A stretch of 61,872 nt of DNA, from the IMG/VR virus record IMGVR_UViG_3300027759_000095, positions 1-61,872 of that record, one strand, 5' to 3'. Below are positions 20,501 to 29,834 of this stretch, piece after piece. A program made the translations under genes and the position numbers. This stretch comes from a virus (lineage: Duplodnaviria > Caudoviricetes). The notes beneath the pieces were generated by a model. It did no database searches. It was given only the letters and a program-made list of their open reading frames with translations, and was not told where the DNA came from. Numbering within the stretch: the first letter of the stretch is position 1; the number at the start of each line of letters is the position of its first letter.

Positions 20501-23500
20501 CCCCGGCTTTGACGGCCAAGATGCGGAAGAGTACATCAAGGACCAGGTCCGTGGCCAGAACTACATTCCTTACGATGCGCAGGTAGAGATTGAACAAATC
20601 TTTGGCTCCGTTGAAGAGGCTGAGAAATTAATTAACGACTACCTAACTACTGAGGAGCAGAACCTTGAACTTCAAGAAGCGGCCGACGAGCAAAGACAGG
20701 GTGAAATCAATGCTCGCAGCGTTGAGCCCGAAAGCGAGATTCCATCTACTGAACCAGATGAAGGAGAAGCGCTTACTAAACCAACCCCAGAAGGATTAAG
20801 GGCTAAAGAAAAGTATCGTATTGAGGCGGAGGCAAAAGAGGCCGCCGAGGCCAAGGCCAATAAAGAAGCTGGAGATAGGGCCAAAGCTGACAAAGAGGTT
20901 GGTGAATTTACTTTAACTGGCAGTGATCGTGCTGCTGATGTTGCGGCTGCGCGTGGGCAAAAAGATCTCCTTGCCGAAGAAGAAGCGCCAGTCAATGAAG
21001 ACGGCGTTAAGGTTGTTCCTTTCGAGGCGGACTCCGAAACCGTTGGAAAGCTTTTAAGCGAAACGCGGGAGGAGGAAGAGCCTTCCGATATTCGCCGTAA
21101 TGCATTAATGCACTCAACGGAAAAGCCAGCTAAGCCAAAGCCAACTGAAATGTTAACGCCTGAAGAAGCCAAGGCCCAAATAGATGAGTGGAAGGCGGAG
21201 GCGGCACGCCAGGGCAAGGCTAATAAAAATTACAACAAGACTATCCTTAGTTTGTTCGATGCATCTGGTGAGTGGGCTAGACCTTGGCAAGAGGCCGGCT
21301 ACGATGTCCATACCTTTGACATTCAAACAGGCGAAGACATTAATGACTTTAGTGCAGAGTACTTACTCGAAAATGGGTATGGCGATTTAAATATTTGGGG
21401 CATTCTTGCTGCTCCTCCTTGTACAGACTTTGCCTCTTCAGGCGCTCAGTTCTGGGCTAAAAAAGACGCCAAAGGTCAGACAGAGATCAGCAATGAGTTG
21501 GTAATGCAAGTGATCCGTACAGTTAATTTTCTTCAACCAAAAATTTGGGCCATGGAGAATCCTGTTGGACGTATTGCAAAGCTGAACAATCTGCCGCCAG
21601 CACACCTGACGTTTGATCCTAACTACTACGGCGATCCGTACACAAAGAAAACCCTGCTCTGGGGGAACTTTGAAAACAATCTGCCTATGGCTCCTGTCGA
21701 GCCAACTGAAGGCTCAAAGATTGTTAAGCTGAGTGGCAAAGACAAGTACGCCCGCTCGCTTACGCCTGAAGGGTTTGCCTACGCATTCTTCATGGCTAAC
21801 AACGCTGAGAGCATGACTCCGGCTGAGCGCCTTACTCGTACATATTACGGCGTTGATCCCAAGGCTTTTGAGGGCGCTACAGAGGCTGATGAAAAGGCAA
21901 TTGATGACTCTGAGTTCCAGGATAAATACTATGACGGTAACTTAGAAGAGGCTGCCACGATTGCCCGTTACATCATTAATGGCGAGCAGGAAATACAAGA
22001 AGAGCCTCCATCAGAAGATTACCAAAAGGCAGTGGATGAGTCAAACAAAGCGATTAAAGCTTTCAATAAAATACAAGAGGCTTACCGCGCTCAAGAGATT
22101 GGCGATGATGAATTCTTAGCGGGCCGCAAAGTTTACGACGCCGCCATGAAAAAGTTTGATACGGCTTATGCGGCAGAACAAGAGCCGGCAGAGCCCGCAA
22201 AAACTCCGACTACTGCGCTTGCCACCATTGATAACAAGGCAATCCTAAAAGACGCTTTAAGGATTCATGAGCTAAACATAGATTTGCAACAGATCAGCGG
22301 CGATGATGGCAAAAAAATAGAAGATTACTCCGCTAAAGAAATTTATAGCGAAGCTAAATATATTCTAGGGTTGTTCCTTGAGAGTGGAACAATGGATAAC
22401 GATGCTTATATAGGAGAGCATGGTCCAGAAGAACAGAAAGCCGCAAAAGACTCTGTTAAAAAACTGCAGGCGTTGATTAAAAAGTATGCTGATATTGAGG
22501 TGCTGGGCCCGGCAGAGAAGCCAGCTGCTCCTCAACTGACCAATGAGCCGTACACGATTGAAGGTGAGTTCACAGAAATAGGTGAAGAGAAACAGCACGC
22601 TCTGCTTTCTAACCAGACCTCCAAGCTAAGCGAAGACCAGACGAAGAGCCTTGAGGCTCAGTACGGCGCTAAGCGTGGCTCTGCTGAGTTCCTGGACAGC
22701 GTCCGCAAAGATGTCATTGCTTTTATTACAGAAGGCGCCAAGGCTGTTAACGGCAAGATACGCGCAATCATCCGCCAGCTGGCCAACGGCGTGCTGTCTG
22801 TGGCCATAGTCTTTAACCCTCAGTTTGTCAGCAAGCCATACACAATTGCAGTCCCCCAGTACGACATCAAGACCAGTGAGGTTATCAAGGACCTACCAAA
22901 AGAAGCGCAGTCGATGTCCGATGCCGCCAAGCGTGCGTATGGCGTTATCTACCCAGCCCTGGAAGCTCAGCTCAAGGCCAACGACAAGCTGTTCATCGTT
23001 GCGGACAAACGCAGCGGTAACACCTACCTTTTTAATCCTGATGGATCTCTCTTACTCCAAAGCAAGACTTTGTTTGGCAAGGCCATCGGCGACTACATGC
23101 ATGGCGATAATGAGATAGAGGCCAATAGAATTACTCCGGCTGGCGTGTTTGATCTCGGCCTGCGTGATGCCAAGCGCAGCGCTGGTGAGGCCTACACCGC
23201 TGGCGAATATGACTTTGGTAAGGTGTTTGTGCTGGACAAATCCAACATAGGAAAGAACGGCCCGTACTCCAACACCATCATGCACTCTGTGTGGACGAAT
23301 GAGACTGATGCCAAGCAACGCCTGGCTGCGCTAGAGAAGCCCGGAGCAGAAGACTCGCGCTATTCCTTTGGCTGTATTAACGTCAACAAAGAAACCTTCA
23401 AGTACCTAATCACCAACCACCTTAACCAGATGGATGGCGCCAAGATATTTATCGTTCCCGAAAACGGCGCAAATGTCATGGACTTTATCAATGGTAAGGC

Positions 23501-26500
23501 GATGAACAGCGATGACATCATCCGCCAGAAGGTTGAGCCAGTTACCAAGACAACCGTAACAGAGAAGCAAGTACCCGCTCCAAAGCCAAGTATTGAGCGC
23601 AAGCAAACTGGCCGTGAAACAGAAGTAGCCAAGCTTGAGGTCAAGACTGAGGAAGAGGCTCCAGGCAAAGAACCTAAAGAACCAAAGGAGCAGACTTTTT
23701 ATGATATTGGGGTTGACCAGACGGAAACTCCTGCATTCAAACGTTGGTTTGGCAACAGCAAGATTGTCGATGCTGATGGCAACCCTTTGGTTATGTACAG
23801 GGGAGAAAAAAAAGGCAGTACTTATTTTAAATCAGGAAAACCTGCGCGTCTTAACCAACCAATTTTTGTTACGCCAAGTTTTATTCTGGCAAATAAATTT
23901 GCAGGCGTGAAAAAAACAAACCAAAGTATATTTGGCGGAGGATTTATAACCCCTGTATATGTTAAAGCTCAAAATACATTTGACTATCAAAACAAAAAAC
24001 ACCTCAAGTTAATTTCAAATTATTTGGAATCCATTGATGAATCTGTTTTGGATGATTTGTTGGCAGAAACAAACAATGAAAAAATAAAAGACTATATTCA
24101 CGAGCTTGAGTATTCAGGCCATGACAACTGGAGTGCAATAGAAATGCCGGTAGTGTGGGATTGGCTACAAGCTAACTTTGACTCAGTTTATGTTGGAGAA
24201 GAAGGTGTTAAAAATTTAGCTGTTTTTTCACCAAACCAAATTAAATCCGCCATAGGAAACATTGGCACGTTTGATGAGAGCAACCCTGATATACGTTACA
24301 GCATTGAGGGTAAAAAATTACCTCCGGGGCGTTCTCCTGAGTTGGCGGCTGCGGCAAAAGAAGTTAAAGCTGGAAGAATGTCGGCGGCTGAGTTTGATAA
24401 ATTGGTAAATAAATACAGGCCAATTTATTTATATCAAGTCCCATTAAAGCCAGCTACGCCAGAGCAAATGGTCGAGGCTTTAAGTTCGGACAAAAAAGAA
24501 AAAATTAACCCAACCATTTCAGACGGTACTCGCGTTGGCTTGCGTCTGGATATTCCAGCTTTCAACCGCAAGGGCGTATACGTTGTTTCAATCCACGAGA
24601 AGGGCAACAAAAGTGGCCCCGGCAAAGTGATTGGCTATGACAGTGTTGCTGTAATCAACAATGTAACTTTTGGATTGGGTAGCCAAACTAAAGCTTTGGA
24701 TATTGCTACAGGAGCCTCAAAAGATGCTCTTCAAACAATGGAAGGAGAGTACGTTAAAACCGATCCATCTACGGCTTATGTGAATGCTGTGGAGGCAATG
24801 AATGATCCAGCTTGGACTCAGATTGCTGTAGACCCAACTCGCCATGCTTATTTCTATGACCGAAATACAACTCAACCAGTCATAGCTGCGGAACAAGTTA
24901 TACAAATTGGCAATATGGTTTTGGCTAAAAATGTTACTTATGGAGATAAAGCTGATTATCTTTATAACATAGGGAAAGAAGGCTACGCAGAGCAGGAGCA
25001 AAAGAAACGCTCTGATTCTTTAAAGCGTACTCTTAAGACTCTTAACCGAATGCGCAAAGATGGCCGCATAACAGACGAGCAGTTTGTTGAACGAGCTGAT
25101 GCCGCTATTGCTGCCGATGAAGATCAACGTCTTGCAGAGGAGCCGGGAGAACGTGTACGCGGCGCTGACTTTATCCGCCAAAAGCTATTAGAAGCCAAGC
25201 GCAAGAAGTTTATTTCTGAAGACGCAGCCGATATGGCTGAATGGTTCATTAATCAAAACCCCGCGCTGGTTGATGATTTGGGAATCAGCATTATTGGCAA
25301 AGGCGCTCGCGGTGCGGTTGGGCAATATAACCCATTTAGCCGCATCTTGACCCTTATCAAGGGCCTCGCCTCCGATACGACAACTGTGCATGAGATCTTG
25401 CACCACCTTGAGCGCATGATGCCGACCAAAGTGCAGCAAGCTATTCGTAGGGCTTGGTCATCTCAACTTGCCAAAGCCACCAAGAAGGCCAAGACCCCAG
25501 CCGAGAAGCTGTACTTTGCAGCTCTGAGGGATGCCCACTACGGCAGCAACCGGCATTCGATGTTAATCATTCCAGAAGGTGCTGGTGAGGTTTACTCTAA
25601 AGTGCGAAAGGCGCTTGAGTACGCATCAGAAGATGGCAGTAGCTCTAATTTCGCAGGGACCATGCTCGGGCTGGGGCTGGTTCCAACGAATCTTTACGAG
25701 TACTTCAACCCGTCTGAGTTCTGGGCCGTCAATGGCTCCGACATTGTGCGGGCTCGCTTTGAGGCCGTAAGAGGCGGTGTACTGGCTCGCCTGAAGAACT
25801 GGCTTAAAGAGTTTGCCCAAAAGATTAAGTCGTTGTTTGGCTTGAAGTCTGATGCCTCCATCATTCGTGCGTTAGATAGCCTTGCAAAGGCTGATGGTCA
25901 GTTCGTTACGCAAGAGATGCTGGGAGAGGGAGACTACCTATCAATTGAGCGCCGTAACTTCCAGGGCAATGAGGCTCCACAGCCGGCATTTGAGGCACCA
26001 ATACCATCTGCAATGGATACCTTTGCTTATAACTTCTTGGACAAGCAGCATGACATGAGGAGTGTCATTAATGAGATCCAAAAAGTTAGAGGTGAATTGG
26101 TTAAAGAGCAGATTGACCCTTACCTCAAGAATGAAAGCTTTATTAGCCGTAAAGCTGCGCGTGAAGAAAATTTTGTTGATAACTCAATAATGCCAATTGT
26201 TCAGGAGATGTACAAGAACAAGGTAAGCATTCTTGAAGTAGAAGAGTACATGCATAACCGCCATGCGGAAGAGCGCAATATCCAGGTGGCAAAAATTAAC
26301 CCATCTTTACCTGATGGTGGATCTGGCATTACTACAGCAAATGCACTTAAGTATTTGTCTGAACTTCCAGAAAACAAACTAAAGATCTACAACAAAATTG
26401 CCAAGATGTTTGATGGCGTTGTTGATGAGACTCAACAGATTCTGGTTGAGTCTGGGGCTGAAACTCAGAAGACTATTAATGATTGGAACAACACATACGA

Positions 26501-28751
26501 GTATTACGCGCCGTTGCAGCGCGAGGATTTAGACTTTGTTAATCATGGTGTTGGTAACGGTGGTGGCCTTGGGTCCAGGGGTTCATTCTCCAAGCGCGCT
26601 TTTGGATCAACCAAAAATGTTGCAAACATTTTGCAGAACATTGTGTTGCAGCATAAGCGTGCCATTGACAGGGCTGAGCGTATCCGTGTTGGCAAGTCCT
26701 TAATGGGCCTGGTGCTAACAAATCCAAATCCAAACTTCTGGATACCTGTTAACCCCAATGCAATAAAAAGCATTAAGAAGTTTAAGGAAGAGGTGCAGTC
26801 TCTTGGTATCTCTGCGGACCAAGCAGAGAACATGCTGCAAGAGCCAAAGGCTCCATCTATTGATAAAGAGACTGGGCTTGTTAAGTATGCCGTCAACCCG
26901 GCTATGCGTAGCATGGATAACGTTTTCCCTGTTCGGATTAATGGCCAAGACTGGTTCATCATTTTTAACCCAAGTGATGAGCGCGCAATGCGTATGGTTA
27001 AGTCATTGAGGAACTTGGATGTTGAAAAGCTAGGCATCTTCATGGGCACGGCTGGCATGATTACTCGCTGGATCTCAGCTATTAACACCCAGTACAACCC
27101 AATTTTCGGAGCATTTAACTTTGGCCGTGACGTTGGCACCGGGTTGCTCCAGTTGTCAACAACAGAGCTTGCTGGCCAGCAAAGTAAGGTAATGAAGAGC
27201 GTCATGCCTGCATTGGCTGCAATCTTTAAAGAGCAGCGCGGCTGGAGCGGGTCAAAAAATGTTCTTGATAAAGACGAATTAACACCACAAGAATGGCGTG
27301 ATCTTTACCAGCGTTATAGATTAGCCGGAGGAAAGATTGGCATCAGCGCAAACTTTACTCAACAAAAAACCAGACTTGAAAAGCTGGAAAAGGGCTGGGG
27401 AATTAAAGGTTTGCTTAGCGTTAGAGCAACCACTGATGAAATTAGCCTGATTGACAAAAAACTTGCAGAAATGGATCGCGGCAAAATAATGGCCGGCGCC
27501 CATTACTTGTTTGACTACCTGTCTGACTACAACGAAGCAATGGAAAACGCTGTACGTCTAGCTACATTTAAAGTTGCCGTCCTTGACAACAACATGAGTG
27601 ATGACAAAGGCGTAAGCTTAGCCAAAAATGTCACCGTCAACTTTGATAAAAAGGGCGCAGTGGTTCCCAAACTTCAGGCTTGGTACTCCTTTATCAACCC
27701 CAGCATCCAAGGCGCAGTGGTTGTTAAAAATGTTTTGACTGGGCCAAAGGGCAAGATAATTATTGCTGGAGGCATTGGGCTTGGAGTTATGCAAGCTCTA
27801 TTACTGTTTGCGGCTGGCTTTGATGACGATGACCCGCCAGAGTTTGTTAAGTCAAAGGCGTTTGTTGTTCCAACCGGGGATGGTAAGTACTTTATTGTGT
27901 ACCCTCCCTATCCTCCAGGATTTAGCATGTTGCCAGGAATTGGCCGCATGTTGACAGAGGCGTTCTTGATCAAGTCAAAGGCAATGAAGAGCAACGAATC
28001 TGCCTCTGATAAAATTTTTGACATTCTTCCAATGATGCTTGACTCTGTAAATCCAATGGGTATTGGCGCTACTTGGCAACAGCTGGTGCCAACTCCATTG
28101 GACCCGATTGCAAACGTTATTGTGAATAAAAATGCGTTTGGCCGTCCAATTGCAAAAACGGATCGCCCGGGCGAGGAGACTCCAGGGTATGAAAGATCAA
28201 GAGATAGCGCAAGCTCTATCAGTAAAGGCATTGCGTACTTCCTTAACTGGTCCTCTTCCCCTGCTGGAACAACGTATACCAAGGGAAAAATTAGCCCAAC
28301 CGCAGACCAGTTGGATTATTTTGCCGAGCAATATTTTGGCGGCGTGTTCCGCGAAATGGTTAAGGCTGGGGAGTCTATTGGGGCCAAAGTTAAAGGTGAA
28401 GAGCAGCCAATGTATCGCGTCCCATTGGCTGGCAAGTTCTTTGGTGAGACAAAAACTCCAGCCGCCACCTCTTCTAGGTTCTATAACAACATAGAAATTA
28501 TGAACACACATGAGCATGAAATTAAAAAACGTCAAGAAAATCGCGAACCTACATCTGAGTATTTAAAAGACAATCCGGAGGCTAAGCTTTGGAAGGAGGC
28601 TAATGCCGCCCAAAAAACCATTGGCAACATTAACAAAGAAAAGAAGGCTGCAACTGCACGGGGTGCGTCTAAAGAAACAATTGATGCTATCAATGAAAGA
28701 AAAGTTAGGGCTATGAAAGCGTTTAACGACAAAGTCAGAGCAGCCCAATAA
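17538..28751 (+). CDS. Giant polyvalent ejection protein (C5 DNA MTase-like, L,D-transpeptidase-like, ADP-ribosyltransferase-like, HExxH peptidase, LPD38-like domains)
   Basis: 3737-aa ORF; ILSLFD.SG.W/AAPPCT/MENP; IMHSVW...SFGCINV; FKRWFG.SKIVD..G.PLVMYRG...F.PNQIKSA.GN.GTFD; VHEILHH..SEFWA. Confidence 0.8.
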   Translation: MPIYEYKGQQYDITTEDPAEAKAKILGFIEKQPPAPAPRVPDFAGNAAMSPQEQAYASSQRAGIASLRTPSAVPEMTQYTPSLPEMLMGLLPGDKAKAANEYAARKAAEERGVSTEEIYKGAGGARPMFNPEGRAPILAGTQAGTVIAKELPNIPQQTAVAALQAVRAGDIGAPGQETFLDKAINYMTPETPKGEQDKNYDAFQGLSKSMGFSLTTMVSSIVGAAAGTSVAGFPGGVAGGMGASGTVAYRSSKDDFLSRVRDKLNQESIKLYNKPISKADWENAKKEFDSAASSYGAWEAVPEALSNAIMLKAFTGPARAAAGAGRLEQFMVKNNIAEKIASYATENITETTTGLGQRAAELKAGLSTEELSIADAFRQQFIQTLLMSGGMQVGEKATHAASRFYQDKIEPRINPGSALGKAIMADLNAVEFSQSAINKEAIARLAPQKYQQEKLATEKVAKTARGIAMPPPPEEKLVEPPAAKPPVEPAGIAGLTAAPSESMDTEAMLREALGQAPAGVATLPPVKVEEPKAAKGLADRIGLPQGPARENAANEEIPLDDKILLRDMVVKSVENGLASGKTRQQIIDQLEALTKGGISNSDIARIHDYLTESGVKETPAKVEPTVAETGPFVRKQMEAQAPTTPTPVSIEGALSGIETPKAKQAEAQEQQAPAANVIFSEGQQKLKDALDSNGRIFIDSTDEAGKKTYYAKGVGSTDSKFAVELQLTQEEKRAARIAEGDMELADTQEERNAARQALENALRPAANRATKQQEQQAPATPAKKLTTEQDYYDTFQKTASPEAKAAFDNVEKTLGSVVAAVNNLGYEVTDPKIKLNSEASKLKDQYNALTADRSNLLSGHFALQEKFNNADQNKFNAAIKRANTSANNAQQVIRKAVPRPQEVIEAEQRVTEGEKAISKIKGKPGRSLWTALTGKLGSSDIAELFGKSPQIYQKKLQAKKDTSGKSIADMVSDGDLDDFLPFQMRSNVPGFDGQDAEEYIKDQVRGQNYIPYDAQVEIEQIFGSVEEAEKLINDYLTTEEQNLELQEAADEQRQGEINARSVEPESEIPSTEPDEGEALTKPTPEGLRAKEKYRIEAEAKEAAEAKANKEAGDRAKADKEVGEFTLTGSDRAADVAAARGQKDLLAEEEAPVNEDGVKVVPFEADSETVGKLLSETREEEEPSDIRRNALMHSTEKPAKPKPTEMLTPEEAKAQIDEWKAEAARQGKANKNYNKTILSLFDASGEWARPWQEAGYDVHTFDIQTGEDINDFSAEYLLENGYGDLNIWGILAAPPCTDFASSGAQFWAKKDAKGQTEISNELVMQVIRTVNFLQPKIWAMENPVGRIAKLNNLPPAHLTFDPNYYGDPYTKKTLLWGNFENNLPMAPVEPTEGSKIVKLSGKDKYARSLTPEGFAYAFFMANNAESMTPAERLTRTYYGVDPKAFEGATEADEKAIDDSEFQDKYYDGNLEEAATIARYIINGEQEIQEEPPSEDYQKAVDESNKAIKAFNKIQEAYRAQEIGDDEFLAGRKVYDAAMKKFDTAYAAEQEPAEPAKTPTTALATIDNKAILKDALRIHELNIDLQQISGDDGKKIEDYSAKEIYSEAKYILGLFLESGTMDNDAYIGEHGPEEQKAAKDSVKKLQALIKKYADIEVLGPAEKPAAPQLTNEPYTIEGEFTEIGEEKQHALLSNQTSKLSEDQTKSLEAQYGAKRGSAEFLDSVRKDVIAFITEGAKAVNGKIRAIIRQLANGVLSVAIVFNPQFVSKPYTIAVPQYDIKTSEVIKDLPKEAQSMSDAAKRAYGVIYPALEAQLKANDKLFIVADKRSGNTYLFNPDGSLLLQSKTLFGKAIGDYMHGDNEIEANRITPAGVFDLGLRDAKRSAGEAYTAGEYDFGKVFVLDKSNIGKNGPYSNTIMHSVWTNETDAKQRLAALEKPGAEDSRYSFGCINVNKETFKYLITNHLNQMDGAKIFIVPENGANVMDFINGKAMNSDDIIRQKVEPVTKTTVTEKQVPAPKPSIERKQTGRETEVAKLEVKTEEEAPGKEPKEPKEQTFYDIGVDQTETPAFKRWFGNSKIVDADGNPLVMYRGEKKGSTYFKSGKPARLNQPIFVTPSFILANKFAGVKKTNQSIFGGGFITPVYVKAQNTFDYQNKKHLKLISNYLESIDESVLDDLLAETNNEKIKDYIHELEYSGHDNWSAIEMPVVWDWLQANFDSVYVGEEGVKNLAVFSPNQIKSAIGNIGTFDESNPDIRYSIEGKKLPPGRSPELAAAAKEVKAGRMSAAEFDKLVNKYRPIYLYQVPLKPATPEQMVEALSSDKKEKINPTISDGTRVGLRLDIPAFNRKGVYVVSIHEKGNKSGPGKVIGYDSVAVINNVTFGLGSQTKALDIATGASKDALQTMEGEYVKTDPSTAYVNAVEAMNDPAWTQIAVDPTRHAYFYDRNTTQPVIAAEQVIQIGNMVLAKNVTYGDKADYLYNIGKEGYAEQEQKKRSDSLKRTLKTLNRMRKDGRITDEQFVERADAAIAADEDQRLAEEPGERVRGADFIRQKLLEAKRKKFISEDAADMAEWFINQNPALVDDLGISIIGKGARGAVGQYNPFSRILTLIKGLASDTTTVHEILHHLERMMPTKVQQAIRRAWSSQLAKATKKAKTPAEKLYFAALRDAHYGSNRHSMLIIPEGAGEVYSKVRKALEYASEDGSSSNFAGTMLGLGLVPTNLYEYFNPSEFWAVNGSDIVRARFEAVRGGVLARLKNWLKEFAQKIKSLFGLKSDASIIRALDSLAKADGQFVTQEMLGEGDYLSIERRNFQGNEAPQPAFEAPIPSAMDTFAYNFLDKQHDMRSVINEIQKVRGELVKEQIDPYLKNESFISRKAAREENFVDNSIMPIVQEMYKNKVSILEVEEYMHNRHAEERNIQVAKINPSLPDGGSGITTANALKYLSELPENKLKIYNKIAKMFDGVVDETQQILVESGAETQKTINDWNNTYEYYAPLQREDLDFVNHGVGNGGGLGSRGSFSKRAFGSTKNVANILQNIVLQHKRAIDRAERIRVGKSLMGLVLTNPNPNFWIPVNPNAIKSIKKFKEEVQSLGISADQAENMLQEPKAPSIDKETGLVKYAVNPAMRSMDNVFPVRINGQDWFIIFNPSDERAMRMVKSLRNLDVEKLGIFMGTAGMITRWISAINTQYNPIFGAFNFGRDVGTGLLQLSTTELAGQQSKVMKSVMPALAAIFKEQRGWSGSKNVLDKDELTPQEWRDLYQRYRLAGGKIGISANFTQQKTRLEKLEKGWGIKGLLSVRATTDEISLIDKKLAEMDRGKIMAGAHYLFDYLSDYNEAMENAVRLATFKVAVLDNNMSDDKGVSLAKNVTVNFDKKGAVVPKLQAWYSFINPSIQGAVVVKNVLTGPKGKIIIAGGIGLGVMQALLLFAAGFDDDDPPEFVKSKAFVVPTGDGKYFIVYPPYPPGFSMLPGIGRMLTEAFLIKSKAMKSNESASDKIFDILPMMLDSVNPMGIGATWQQLVPTPLDPIANVIVNKNAFGRPIAKTDRPGEETPGYERSRDSASSISKGIAYFLNWSSSPAGTTYTKGKISPTADQLDYFAEQYFGGVFREMVKAGESIGAKVKGEEQPMYRVPLAGKFFGETKTPAATSSRFYNNIEIMNTHEHEIKKRQENREPTSEYLKDNPEAKLWKEANAAQKTIGNINKEKKAATARGASKETIDAINERKVRAMKAFNDKVRAAQ
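19100..19121. repeat. Dispersed palindrome site 1 (AACTTTACCACCTGTTAAAGTT)
   Basis: Inside giant ORF; 19099-19122 is the exact reverse complement of 47850-47873. Confidence 0.85.
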
Positions 28752-29022
28752 TCTCGCGTTCAAACATGAGGCCGATAGTCTTGCGGTGTGCTTCCTCCCA
28801 CATCTCAATTCTTTCGGCCTTGCTCATGCGTGTCCCCTGGTCCAGGTCAGCATGGCACTTATAACAAAGTGATGCAATCCTGTAGTCGTGCGCCTTTAGA
28901 CCTCGGCCTTTGCCGTCCCGTAGTTGATTACTATGAGCCGCCACTACCGTACCATCTTGCGTACCACAGTGTTGGCAGGGCAACTCACGCGCAGCGTCTA
29001 ACAATTTACGATTCCTATACAC
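28735..29022 (-). CDS. DUF1364/YbcO-like zinc-binding putative nuclease
   Basis: ARELPCQHCG...VVAAHSN...GLKAHD...LCYKCHADLD; likely GTG start at 29022. Confidence 0.7.
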   Translation of the reverse strand: MYRNRKLLDAARELPCQHCGTQDGTVVAAHSNQLRDGKGRGLKAHDYRIASLCYKCHADLDQGTRMSKAERIEMWEEAHRKTIGLMFEREIIGLL

Positions 29023-29024
29023 TT

Positions 29025-29819
29025 TTAATCGCCACAAAAGCAAGAAATTGCTTCTTCATTAGGGTCAAACATATCGTATTGTTTATTGGTGTAAGTCAAC
29101 ATATCTGCATAACTTGGGTGCGCTTGATTAAAACTTGCACCTATTTTTTTTTCCATGTTTACCCACCATATTGCGCGTTCTGGTTTGTCTTGAATTAAAC
29201 CTAATAAGTGATTTGTTTTTTTTAAAAAACACAAATCGCAATTACTTAACAATGAGTTTCCATTAACAGTTATGGTGTCTAAGTCAAACGATTGATCACT
29301 CCAAAAAGACAAAACGTCTTTCACCGTTACTCGCGCCGTGGCCAAAGGAGTCTCTTTGATGTCTATATTGCCTTTCATCTTGGCAACCCTCTGAGGCTCG
29401 TCAGCGCGTATGCCAACAAATGTAACAATGTCCTCATATCCTAATGACTTAAGATGTTTTTTCATTGGGTTTATCTTAAGCTCAGAAGTGCAAAACCTAG
29501 CAAAGGTGTTGGGTAAATAATTCTTTTTTTCTATCAAGGCTTGGAAGGGTTCACCATTCCTACTGGCCGTTGCGTAATCAACAACAGCATACCCATTTGC
29601 CCTGTACTCCAGCCATGCAATAGGCACACCCCACTGCTCAGAGCAATCCTGCACGAACCTTAAAGTTACCTCGTCCTCTTTGCCCGTGTTAGCAAAGCAA
29701 ACGATAGCCTCTGTTGGTAGTCCGCCATTGCTTTGCAATACGCGCCAAAGCATATAGGCAGACGTTCTGCCGCCACTAAAAGAAATACAAGTTGGCTCGG
29801 TTATTAAAAATGGGTCCAT
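29025..29819 (-). CDS. Phosphoadenosine phosphosulfate reductase-family protein
   Basis: PP-loop ISFSGGRTS, FANTGKE, RFCT.ELK, GIRADE, NCDLCFLK, C-terminal CFC. Confidence 0.85.
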   Translation of the reverse strand: MDPFLITEPTCISFSGGRTSAYMLWRVLQSNGGLPTEAIVCFANTGKEDEVTLRFVQDCSEQWGVPIAWLEYRANGYAVVDYATASRNGEPFQALIEKKNYLPNTFARFCTSELKINPMKKHLKSLGYEDIVTFVGIRADEPQRVAKMKGNIDIKETPLATARVTVKDVLSFWSDQSFDLDTITVNGNSLLSNCDLCFLKKTNHLLGLIQDKPERAIWWVNMEKKIGASFNQAHPSYADMLTYTNKQYDMFDPNEEAISCFCGD

Positions 29820-29834
29820 TTAAATTTCCCCGGT

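Noticed and set aside
27301-27321. Possible eighth palindrome copy ATCTTTACCAGCGTTATAGAT
   Set aside because: Too degenerate to call without a scored motif search
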